The translations under genes and the position numbers were made by a program. 64,000 nucleotides of DNA. Source: Eledone cirrhosa (lineage: Eukaryota). Of the stretch, positions 26,968-40,014 are shown one piece after another. The stretch's first letter is position 1. Each line of letters opens with the position of its first letter. The notes below the pieces were generated by a model. It ran no database searches, had not been told where the DNA came from, and was given only the letters and a program-made list of their open reading frames with translations. The DNA is taken from the NCBI GenBank assembly GCA_964016885.1, contig OZ024742.1:327546001-327610000 (forward strand). The letters are read 5' to 3'.

Positions 26968-27511
26968 TTTCGTTTCTGAATTTGTTGAGCAAGATTCTTT
27001 ATCTGAAATCGTGTGTTGAAACCGATATTGTTATACTTTGAGAGGGTCATGTTGCCAATAAGAAACACACGCACCAGTTGCTTTCACTTCAATTTATTAT
27101 AATAAATTTATAAATTTCTGGTTGGTTGGTTAGTTCCACAACCAGATAGTTGTTTATATATTGTCATAGTTCTTTCGTCACACACTCTGTGACCTCTTCA
27201 GTGACTGGGGATTCCTCAGTGCCTCTCCTTTGTTCTGTCCTACGCCATTTTGTTTCTGTGTGTGTCTGTAGGACAGAACAAAGGAGAGGCACAGAAACAA
27301 AGAAAGGAATCCCCAGTCACTGAAGAGGTCACAGAGTGTGTGACGAAAGAACTATGACAATATATAAACAACTATCTGGTTGTGGAACCAACCAACCAAC
27401 CAGAAATTTATAAATTTATAAATTTATTATAAATTTATTATAATAAATTGAAGTGAAAGCAACTGGTGCGTGTGTTTCTTATTGGCAACATGACCCTCCC
27501 AAAGTATAACA

Positions 27512-27515
<4 letters not shown>
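26968..27515. mobile_element. Fold-back PLE-type fragment, family P3 (arms of about 220-245 bp, HHR in each arm)
   Basis: 27025-27243 is inverted at 27268-27515; flanked by (TA)n; a related inverted copy lies at 44575-44935. Confidence 0.85.
27316..27358 (+). ncRNA. Minimal type I hammerhead (mirror on - strand at 27163-27205)
   Basis: gtca-CTGAAGA-g-gtcac(agagtgt)gtgac-GAAA-gaac-TA-tgac. Confidence 0.7.
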
Positions 27516-27574
<59 letters not shown>

Positions 27575-27880
27575 CAAAAGGGATATTCAAATTGTTTGTA
27601 ATTCAACAAATATAAATGTTTATAACTGATTCAAAAACTATCCAGGAAAAACTTGAACCCTTAAGTTCTTCTTTCCTGGTTATGTCAATATTTATTAAAA
27701 AAACTATATATTTTATCTGATGAGAGCGTACAAAAGTTTTGCTACCCTTCAAATATATATAATAGAATAAATATGGTTTTATAAATATAGTTTCCATTTA
27801 TTTAATATCATTGTGTATATATATATATAAATATAAAGGAAGTTTCTTTGTCTGTTGACCGCTAATAAAACGAAATAGAA

Positions 27881-27969
<89 letters not shown>

Positions 27970-27977
27970 CATATACA

Positions 27978-28057
<80 letters not shown>

Positions 28058-28058
28058 C

Positions 28059-28114
<56 letters not shown>

Positions 28115-28479
28115 TCAGTCGATCGACTTTCCTCAAATCGAACCGAGGAAACAATGTTTCCGTTGGTCTTTCCAATTGCTAATACTATCTATTGGTCGCA
28201 ACTCCAGGTAGAAGGAGCATCGTGAAATAGAGTGTCTTGCACCCGCTGGGCATTGCGAAGAAATTCTTTTTCCTAGTTTTTTCGTCAGTCTTCAACTAAT
28301 CTGTCCACCGTCTTGCTCGCAATCACGCTTTTTTCAGAAAACGGAATAGGTGGAGGGGACAACTATATGGAGTGTGTGCAAATACGTCAACAAGAATTCC
28401 GATTCTGCCATGTTTGCGCTACAACAACGAAATATGTCCGCCGACGAGGTGTCCAACTTCCAACACGGTTGATATATCA

Positions 28480-29879
28480 GCAATAACGAAGTATTCTGTC
28501 ACATTTTTTATTCAGGCCCATTACTCACCAGTGCAAAAATTTGACGTCCATTAGGAAAATAGACAGCGAATGTAGTTTACAGCCCAACAAGTGACAACAC
28601 CAAGAAAGACAATTTTGTTAGCATTTTTTTAAGTTTGTGAAACTCACATGTTTACACGAATTCTACTATACGCACAAATACTACAACTTCGATAAACAAT
28701 GAGAAAAATGGAACCGGCTAAAACAAAGAAGATCAGTAGAAAACCATACTGAAATTCGTAAAACAGCAACTAGGTAGGATTTACACAATGCATCCAGGAC
28801 ATGGGAGGAAACACTGTCATTTTATCAGGGGACTCCCCACGAATGGGGAGGATCAAGTTCGAGCTTGCCTGAAATTGTCACCGTTATGGTCACGTATCAC
28901 CAAACTTAATTTAAGGACCAACATGTGGCCAGAAACTCACCGTGACAACATTTTTGCTCGAAAGCTTTTGAAACTTGGTAAAGGCAAAACACCCCTTGAT
29001 ATTAAAGTCTGTTTTGATCTTTCATCATTTTGTACTGTTGTGAAAAACGTTGATAGCTTAATCAATCAAGTGCTCCCCAATTTCGAAATCCACCATTCCA
29101 ACGAGGAGTGGCTGTGTGAAAGAGCAATCCTCTTCCACAACATATCACAGTGAATTCCAACAACAAAAATCTCTAACAAATGATCCCTGGAGGTAGGCAG
29201 ACATATAAATCTATTGACTAAGTTGTCGACGAGAATGCAGCTGCTAATTATCCCATTGAATTTCACAACAGTCTGGAACCATCAGGTATGCTGCTACACA
29301 ACCTTGAATTGGTGAAAGCCGCCGTCATCATGCTTCCCAGAGACCTGAATCAGCCATGATTGTGCAATGGGACGCATATGGTTGTGACTGAGCTGCAACC
29401 TCACATTATCGAAGCCAAAATCTTCACTGGGAGACATATTTATACCTTGAATACCCCTAATACTAACATATGTCCCTTATCGTTTCAAACGATTGCAATT
29501 CCTAGTGAGAGTCAGTTACGCAATGACCATTAACAAGTGCCAAAGTCAAACACTACATGTTGTCCGTTTCCATCTAGAAGAAGGATGTTTCTCACATTGT
29601 AGGTAGGTTGCTCCAGAGAAAGAAGCCCCCATAAACTCTTCATATATGCTCCAAAGAAAAAAAGTTATGTACAGTTTTATGATTTTCGTAGAATACATTT
29701 TTCTATTATTTTCTTTATTACTTTCTGTATTTAGATATTCTAAATGAATTTTAAAATTGCTAATCAATATTTAAATACCTTTTAAGATCTTTTATTTTAA
29801 GGAAAATGAGCATTACGATAAATGGCAATAGGTGTCTTATGAATAGTACAGACCGAGGTAAAGACCGGGAGGCTGCTAG
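28480..29879 (+). pseudogene. Decayed autonomous Helitron (Rep-helicase linker plus PIF1 helicase) with intact 3' end
   Basis: Fragments VH*ENRQR, GRIYTMHP, ACLKLSPLW..LRTNM, WLCERAIL, YPIEFHNSL..SG...LCNGT, RLQFLVRVSYAMTINKCQSQTL. Terminal ccgaggtaaagaccggg hairpin then CTAG|T at 29876-29880. Confidence 0.9.
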
Positions 29880-29961
<82 letters not shown>

Positions 29962-30423
29962 CATACATACATACATACATACATACATACACACATAGAG
30001 AGAGAGATGGATAGATGGCTACGTAAAAATGTATATACATGCATCAGAAAGAGAGTATGTGGGTCGAGAGACAGATAAAGATGATATATGTATATGGTAG
30101 TGGACATCATATTGTTTTCACACAATCAACATTGTACCTAAAAATTGTTAAAAGCTTTCAGCTGCAGCTAGCAGCTCGTGCATATCAACCATCACAGCAG
30201 CAACAACAAGAGCACTAACAGCTGCAACAATATTATCATTTATCATGAACAACAACTACAGCAAAGTGTGAGATTCCAGTTAATTTTGAGAATTTTTGCC
30301 ATAAGAAGTACATAGCATTTTAAAACTGTGTATTTCACCTCCTTAACTTCTTATTAATAATTATTAAATGCTCTTCAGTCAATCATACTGTTAACTAACC
30401 ATAACCTGACCTTGTGTGTGTGC

Positions 30424-30462
<39 letters not shown>

Positions 30463-31818
30463 GAAAAAAAGAGATATGATATTACTAATTAAATACGAAT
30501 ATGACCATTATTCAACTTAGTACTCCATATTTTAATGAAAGTAGTGTAGATATTGTTTAGTACATGTGAACCGAACGGTCAAGTTTAAACCATCAACGCA
30601 GTTTAAGTTTGAACGTAGGGTTTGCATCTATTAATTAATCATAACACTGGTACAAAGCGAGCAATTTGTGGGGAAGTCGATTATATCGATTCCAAGTTTT
30701 GACTGGTACTTTATTTACTCGACCTTGGACGGATGGACGGCAAGCTTGAGATCGGCGGAACTTGAAATCAGAACGTAACAAGTCGTAACTAAATACCTCA
30801 AATCATTCTTCCCTAAGCTTTAATAATTCTGGTAGTTTTTCGCTGGCGTGAATTGGAATTAAACGAAAGACGTTCTCCATAATGTTAGAGTGTAATTATT
30901 GGTTTCTGATTTAGGCACAAGGCCAGCAATTTTTGTGGACGGGAAAGTCGATTAAATTGACCCCAGTGCGTGCCTGGTACTTTATTTTATCGACCCCGTA
31001 AGGATGAAAGGCAAAGCTAGCTACGGTGGGATTTGAACTTAGAATGTAAAGGCCCAGAACTCTATGTCACAAAGCATACTGTCCGACACAAAAAATATAT
31101 TTAAGTTATGTAACTATGTATGTGTGGTGTGGATGAGGTGAAACTGAAAGACATTTCAAACTCATACACAGGCACACATATATGATTGAAGGCGCGGCTT
31201 AATGGCTAAAGTGTTCGGATCACGATTTTAACATTGTGAGTTCGTTTCCAGGCGGCGTGATGTATCTGAGCAAAACACTATTTCACGATGCTCCAGTTCA
31301 CTTACCTTTCAAAAGGAGTTGTGCTTGTAATCAAGAGCCATCCTTTTCATATAGTGACACTGAATCTTCCTGAGAAGTATATTAAGGGTTCAAGTATCCA
31401 TGGAGTGTTTAGCCATTTGCAAGCGAGGAGACTGTCCCGTTGGAAGACATGATGTCAGAATCGATGGAAACCCGACACATGCGTCGGATCAATATAATTA
31501 ACTAAATCAAGTTGGTGTCCTAGCATAGTTGCAGTCAAATGACTGAAACCAGTAAAAGAGTAAAATTTGTGTTCGTATGCCTATATATATTTATATAAAT
31601 AAATAAATAAATAAATATATATATCGAAAGCCGATCGGCTTTCTCCAAATCGGACCTAGGAAACAATGTTTCGATTGGTCTTTCCAATTGCTAATACTAT
31701 CTATCAGTCGTAACTCCAGGTAGAAGGAGCAACGTGAAATAAAGTGTCTTGATCAAGGACATAACGCATCACTCCGTCCGGGAATCGAACTCACAAACTC
31801 TCGATTGCGAAACCAATT

Positions 31819-31852
<34 letters not shown>

Positions 31853-32286
31853 AATTTATTAATTATTAGTACAGATCAAAGTTTAAGTAAAGAATTTCTA
31901 ATAATAACTATTTGCTCTACAGGTTTATATATACTTATTTATTTCGAAGAACGTTTCAATTCAGTGAGCTACGATTCCAATCGGTTAAACCAGAAGACTT
32001 GGGGTGGAGGAATGAGGTAATAATAATAGAGAAGGCGTAATTATGATAGGATGGACAGAGTGGTTGTAACATTGGAGGGGGGGGGGGGCGATAAATGTTA
32101 GTCGTGGGTATAGCCATATAAAATAGGAATTTAGCCAGAGAAATTTAACTTTTTAGTTTCAAAATTTGTATGTGGTGTGGTAAATAAATCCATATATATA
32201 TATATATATATATATATGTAGATAAATCTACCAAGAGTTTACGGTAGTGTCCAATCCGTATGAGGTGTTATTATCAATAAATATAT

Positions 32287-32440
32287 TTCATTATTTCTGA
32301 AGACGGCGTATATATGTGTTGGTATGTATATTTAATCTTGATAGTTTGTATAATTTTGTATAATTTTGTACATAGATCTGTTGAATATGCATGCCAACTC
32401 TAACACATATATATCCTAGAAACGATCGTTAAATAATGAA
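32287..32440 (+). ncRNA. Type I hammerhead with a ~115-nt stem II
   Basis: Perfect 10-bp stem I ttcattattt/aaataatgaa; CTGAAGA; GAAA; palindromic ACGATCGT stem III; GUU triplet; the insert is self-complementary. Confidence 0.75.
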
Positions 32441-32610
32441 CTTTTTTTGTTTAATATAAGGAATTGTTTATTCATTATTTGTTTAATATTTTATATATAT
32501 ATATATATACACATGTGCGTGTGTATGAGTTTGAAATGTGTTTCAGTTTCACCTCATCCAAACCACACATACATAGTTACGTAACTTAAATATATGTTTT
32601 GTGTCGGACA

Positions 32611-32664
<54 letters not shown>

Positions 32665-33409
32665 TAGATCCGAACACAATGGAACCAAACTCACACTGTC
32701 ACTGCCTCTGTCTTTCTTGCTTTCGCCATCCCTCACTATTATAAGCAAATTGGGGTCCAAGCGCTAGCCGCCCCGTGACCTCGGCGGACAGAATAGTGAG
32801 GGAGACGCGCTTCGTCACTTAATCAATTATACTCATGAAGGAATAAAACATCTCATGGAATCTCATCAAGAAATACTACTATTTGTGTGAGTCACTTCGT
32901 CCTATTGTGCAATTAAACAACGAAACATACAAACAGAAAGAAAAATGATTTATGTAAGATATGTGATTAAAATGACACGTAAATCTAAACATCGTGGAGG
33001 AGATATATTGTGTAGTGGAAATTGTCAGAGTCCGAAAAGGCAGAACTTCTAATTAGGCATAAGCTGAAAAATGGAGCAGAATAACGAATGTAGAGCATCC
33101 TTCCTAAATTTGAACTGTTATCTCTGTCACACTTCTATCAATGTTACAATAATCTAGGCTTATGTTAACCTCTTGACTGAACCGCAATATCCAATAAAAT
33201 CAATGAAATCCGTTGTTCCGTCTTCCGAATACCATATATTCAGAACTTTGATTCAGGTCAGTCTGAATATTAAACGTATATATAATTGTCTAATTGTGTC
33301 TATACCTTAATATACGAGCATCTGAATTGGTCATGGTCAATAAGATTTCCTTACATGCATACATGATGGATGCAACTCGATTTCGAGTAATGCTATCGCT
33401 TGACTCTTA

Positions 33410-33880
33410 CGCATGAGCAGCAGGGGCGTGGCTTTTTAGTCAGGCTAGGGACGTGCATACTCTTGCACAGACATTGCAACTATGGGGGTCTCTCGCAATA
33501 GATGTTACGGTCCTGTTTTGGAGCACTTTCAAATGACGTTTCAGTCCACCAACTGAGGCACTCTCTCTTCCACACTACCCACAAACAGAAATGCCATACA
33601 ATGTACAGTTGACAGTGTCCCCGTGTACGTGGCTTCTCCGATGACTTCCAAGACTCGCCCTACTTAGACATACCCGGGCACATTCTTTACCGGTTAAATC
33701 AACCTGCATGCCAATATACTTAGTCAAACCAAACTCAAGGCCCTTGCGAGCACATACACACATACCTGATGGTTGCCAAGAGAATTGCAATCGCTTGTCA
33801 GATTCAGGTGTGTCACGCTCGGATATGGCTTTTCAAGCCTGCTAGAGGCTTGCACTCCTTCGCACATTTATGAGAACTAT
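33410..33880 (-). pseudogene. Decayed array of about 5 C2H2 zinc fingers (probably a LINE ORF2 C-terminal tail)
   Basis: CAKECKPLAGLKSHIR, KECARVCLSRASLGSHRRSH, CG*CGRESASVGGLKRHLK, CNVCARVCTSLA*LKSH; in-frame stops; no TGEKP linkers. Confidence 0.7.
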
Positions 33881-34199
33881 GGATCTCCCTGGCCTCAGGC
33901 CTTGTATCAGGTTACCTGTGAACCTTCACAATACCATGGAGATCATAAATGAGTACGACCGTGATCCATGACCTATACATAATTACAATTGAGATCCGGA
34001 AGATTAAAGTGGTACTGTTGTGAACCACGAGATATCACTGGCACATATATGAACCAGAAATTAACAGCTGAAGAGTTGTGATTCAGGAGTTAGGATGAGT
34101 CGTGTTGTGATATAGGTGTAACACCTGTAGTGTTGTGACCTAGTCGTTCGCATTAGTATTGTAGCCTTAACACCAGTACTGTTGTGACGCAGATGGTAA

Positions 34200-37100
34200 C
34201 ATCATTACAACTGTGATAAGAAGTGTTGTGATCCACGTATTAACACCATTAGTGTTGTGATCCACGTGTTAACATCAGTAGTATTGTGATGTGATCCAGG
34301 AGTTAACATCAATAGTGTTATGATCTCGCCGTTAACATCAGTAGTGTTGTGATCCAGGAGTTAACATCAGTAGTGTTATGATCTCGCCGTTAACATCAGT
34401 AGTGTTGTGATCCAGGTGATAACATCAGTAGTGTTGTGATCCAGGTGTTAACATCAGTAGTGTTGTGATCCAGGTGATAACATCAGTAGTGTTGTGATCC
34501 AGGTGATAACATCAGTAGTGTTGTGATCCAGGTGTTAACATCAGCAGTGTTGTGATCCAGGTGATAACATCAGTAGTGTTGTGATCCAGGTGTTAACATC
34601 AGTAGTGTTGTGATCCAGGTGTTAACATCAGCAGTGTTGTGATCCAGGTGATAACATCAGTAGTGTTGTGATCCAGGTGTTAACATCAGTAGTGTTGTGA
34701 TCCAGGTGATAACATCAGTAGTGTTGTGATCTCGGCGTTAACATCAGTAGTGTTGTGATCCAGGTGTTAACATCAGTAGTGTTGTGATCCAGGTGATAAC
34801 ATCAGTAGTGTTGTGATCTCGGCGTTAACATCAGTAGTGTTGTGATCCAGGTGATAACATCAGTAGTGTTGTGATCCAGGTGATAACATCAGTAGTGTTG
34901 TGATCCAGGTGGTAACATCAGTAGTGTTGTGATGCAGGTGATAACATCAGTAGTATTGTGATCCAGGTGATAACATCAGTAGTGTTGTGATCCAGGTGAT
35001 AACATCAGTAGTGTTGTGATCCAGGTGTTAACATCAGTAGTGTTGTGATCCAGGTGTTAACATCAGTAGTGTTGTGATCCAGGTGATAACATCAGTAGTA
35101 TTGTGATCTCGGCGTTAACATTAGTAGTGTTGTGATCCAGGTGATAACATCAGTAGTGTTGTGATCCAGGTGATAACATCAGTAGTGTTGTGATCCAGGT
35201 GATAACATCAGTAGTGTTGTGATCCAGGTGTTAACATCAGTAGTGTTGTGATCTCGGCGTTAACATTAGTAGTGTTGTGATCCAGGTGATAACACCAGTA
35301 GTGTTGTGATCCAGGTGATAACATCAGTAGTGTTGTGATCCAGGTGATAACATCAGCAGTGTTGTGATCTCGGCGTTAACATTAGTAGTGTTGTGATCCA
35401 GGTGTTAACATCAGTAGTGTTGTGATCCAGGTGATAACATCATTAGTGTTGTGATCCAGATGATAACATCATTAGTGTTGTGATCCAGGTGATAACATCA
35501 TTAGTGTTGTGATCCAGGTGATAACATCATTAGTGTTGTGATCCAGGTGATAACATCAGTAGTGTTGTGATCCAGGTGTTAACATCAGTAGTGTTGTGAT
35601 CCAGGTGATACCATCAGCAGTGTTGTGATCCAGGTGATAACATCAGTAGTGTTGTGATCCAGGTGATAACATCAGTAGTGTTGTGATCCAGTGTTAACAT
35701 CAGTAGTGTTGTGATCCAGGTGTTAACATCAGTAGTGTTGTGATCCAGGTGTTAACATCAGTAGTGTTGTGATCCAGGTGTTAACATCAGTAGTGTTGTG
35801 ATCCAGGTGTTAACATCAGTAGTGTTGTGATCCAGGTGATAACATCAGTAGTGTTGTGATCCAGTGTTAACATCAGTAGTGTTGTGATCCAGGTGTTAAC
35901 ATCAGTAGTGTTGTGATCCAGGTGTTAACATCAGTAGTGTTGTGATCCAGGTGATAACATCATTAGTGTTGTGATCAAGGTGATAACATCAGTAGTGTTG
36001 TGATCCAGGTGATAACATCAGTAGTGTTGTGATCCAGGTGTTAACATCAGTAGTGTTGTGATCTCGGCGTTAACATTAGTAGTGTTGTGATCCAGGTGAT
36101 AACACCAGTAGTGTTGTGATCCAGGTGATAACATCAGTAGTGTTGTGATCCAGGTGATAACATCAGCAGTGTTGTGATCTCGGCGTTAACATTAGTAGTG
36201 TTGTGATCCAGGTGTTAACATCAGTAGTGTTGTGATCCAGGTGATAACATCATTAGTGTTGTGATCCAGATGATAACATCATTAGTGTTGTGATCCAGGT
36301 GATAACATCATTAGTGTTGTGATCCAGGTGATAACATCATTAGTGTTGTGATCCAGGTGATAACATCAGTAGTGTTGTGATCCAGGTGTTAACATCAGTA
36401 GTGTTGTGATCCAGGTGATACCATCAGCAGTGTTGTGATCCAGGTGATAACATCAGTAGTGTTGTGATCCAGGTGATAACATCAGTAGTGTTGTGATCCA
36501 GTGTTAACATCAGTAGTGTTGTGATCCAGGTGTTAACATCAGTAGTGTTGTGATCCAGGTGTTAACATCAGTAGTGTTGTGATCCAGGTGTTAACATCAG
36601 TAGTGTTGTGATCCAGGTGTTAACATCAGTAGTGTTGTGATCCAGGTGATAACATCAGTAGTGTTGTGATCCAGTGTTAACATCAGTAGTGTTGTGATCC
36701 AGGTGTTAACATCAGTAGTGTTGTGATCCAGGTGTTAACATCAGTAGTGTTGTGATCCAGGTGATAACATCAGTAGTGTTGTGATCTCGGCGTTAACATC
36801 AGTAGTGTTGTGATCCAGGTGATAACATCATTAGTGTTGTGATACAGGTGTTAACATCAGTAGTGTTGTGATCCAGGTGTTAACATCAGTAGTGTTGTGA
36901 TCCAGGTGTTAACATCAGTAGTGTTGTGATCCAGGTGTTAACATCAGTAGTGTTGTGATCCAGGTGATAACATCAGTAGTGTTGTGATCCAGGTGTTAAC
37001 ATCAGTAGTGTTGTGATCCAGGTGATAACATCAGTAGTGTTGTGACCCAGGTGTTAACATCAGTAGTGTTGTGATCCAGGTGATAACATTAGTAGTGTTG

Positions 37101-37615
37101 TGATCCAGTTGTTAACAACAGTAGTGTTTTGCTCCAGGTGATAACATCATTAGTGTTGTGACCCAGGTGTTAACATCATTAGTGTTGTGACCCAGGTGTT
37201 AACATCATTAGTGTTGTGACCCAGGTGTTAACATCATTAGTGTTGTGATCCAGGTGATAACATCAGTAGTGTTGTGATCTCGGCGTTAACATCATTAGTG
37301 TTGTGATCTCGGTGTTAACAGAAGTAGTGTTTTGATCCAGGTGATAACATCAGTAGTGTTGTGATCCAGGTGTTAACATCAGTAGTGTTGTGATCCAGGT
37401 GTTAACATCATTAGTGTTGTGATCTCAGCGTTAACATCAGTAGTGTTGTGATCCAGGTGTTAACATCAGTAGTGTCGTGATCCAGGTGATAACATCATTA
37501 GTGTTGTGATCTCAGCGTTAACATCAGTAGTGTTGTGATCCAGGTGATAACATCAGTAGGGTTGTGATCAAGGCGTTAACATCAGTAGTGTTGTGATCTC
37601 GGTGTTAACAGAAGT
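34200..37615. repeat. 29-bp minisatellite (gtgttgtgatccaggtg[a/t]taacatcagta)n, about 115 units
   Basis: Direct reading; degenerate edges; internal 810-bp higher-order duplication. Confidence 0.97.
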
Positions 37616-38884
37616 ATTTCTGTAATAAACAGAATTCAGAGTAGGATTTCTGCTGTTCATTAATAAATTCTTTGTCAAAGATCAACTTGATCGGTCAACA
37701 CTTTCTCACTGTTATTCAATTGTTACTTCTTACTCCTATCTAATGTTAATACAGCACCACATTCATTACTCTCATACTTAACTATGAAGGTGCCTGACTT
37801 AGTGCTTAGGGTGTTACTATCAAGATGGTAGGTCGCCTGTTCGATTTCGGGTGTTGTGTTTTGTCCTTGTGCATCATACTTTATTTTGTGTTGTTATATT
37901 CAACTCGGCTGTAGAAAAATAAGTTGTTCTTGTAATTGGAACGAAAAGCTTTGGTACACACTGTGTAACACTGGATGTTCCCGAGAATTATGTTAGGGAT
38001 ACTCATATGTGTGGGATGCTCAGCCCCTTGTTTGTATTTTTCATGAGCTGGCTATTCCGTCTATCGAATCAACCGGAACACTCATCGTCGGAGCCGATGG
38101 AGGCCCAACACACACTTATAAATCTTTTGCTTACTATTTGTTAACGCTGACCACCACGAGTGTTTTTTTAATTCTACTGTTTTTCACATCGTATCATATA
38201 CGGTGTTTAGATTTATTTCGGACGTTGCTTGCCTTTAGGCCGCAAATCTCGGATATATATTTCATACTGCTTACTAATCCCTTAATAAATATCCTGTCGG
38301 AAGTCGCGTTATTAAAACACCCAAGAAACCTCTTCTGAAAAACAACATCGAAGAAGGCTAGCTAAACCTTCAGAAATATAAGCTGTACATTTTATTATCC
38401 AGTACTTGTATGTTTGGGGGCCAAAATGGGTCATTATCCCTGCGAAAAATAACAACCAAATCTCCCTCATATTACACTCACTATAGATTTTCACTAAAAA
38501 TAGACACATTGTGAAGGGTAGTGCTATATATAATATGTCCAAATAGAAGATGGGGTATTCACGGCTTGAATACCTTTGATAAAAAAAATCTGCTCGTTCA
38601 GAGCTGACCTTGATCTAAATGAAAAAATAAAAAAAGATAAAAATTAAATATAAAATAAATTCGGTCTCTCAAACGCAAAACCACATTATTTCATGTCAGT
38701 GCCAGATTAAGAGAACCATGAAATGGTGTCAATATTAGGCCGAAGAGCGAGTTGGCAGGTAGCTTTCCAAATGGTGAACTTTTCAGGGAAGGTTTAAAAC
38801 AAAACCTCTGTCTAGAGGATATATTTGTATTACGACGAAATATTTAAATCTGTGAGTAATCTTAGGTATTCTGTTCACAGAAAG

Positions 38885-39540
<656 letters not shown>

Positions 39541-39869
39541 TGCGCGTGTGTGAGTATGTCCTCTATCTCTTGGTGTATATGTCTGCTCCCGTCTCTCTGT
39601 ATGTATGTATATATCTGTGCAATTCAAACTCTGTTCCACAACAATATGTATTTAACAAAGAGTGAGGGGAGGGAAAAAACAGATTAACAGTAAAAAAAAA
39701 GAAAGGAATGAAGTTTCCAGAAAGAATTCCTTCCTTTTTTTGTTGTTGTCCATCCCAAACCTGTCTCAGTATATACACGCACACGCACACGCACACCTGT
39801 TCACTATACACACACCTGTCCAAACATCTGAAATACCTTACGGAATGTAATTACCAATGTCTTATTTAT

Positions 39870-40014
<145 letters not shown>

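Noticed and set aside
33917-33975. Small minus-strand exon (AG...GTAAC)
   Set aside because: The acceptor is weak and the sequence lies at the degenerate margin of the minisatellite.
34200-37615. CRISPR-like array of 29-bp repeats
   Set aside because: Units are contiguous with no unique spacers, there are no cas genes, and the context is eukaryotic; it is a minisatellite.
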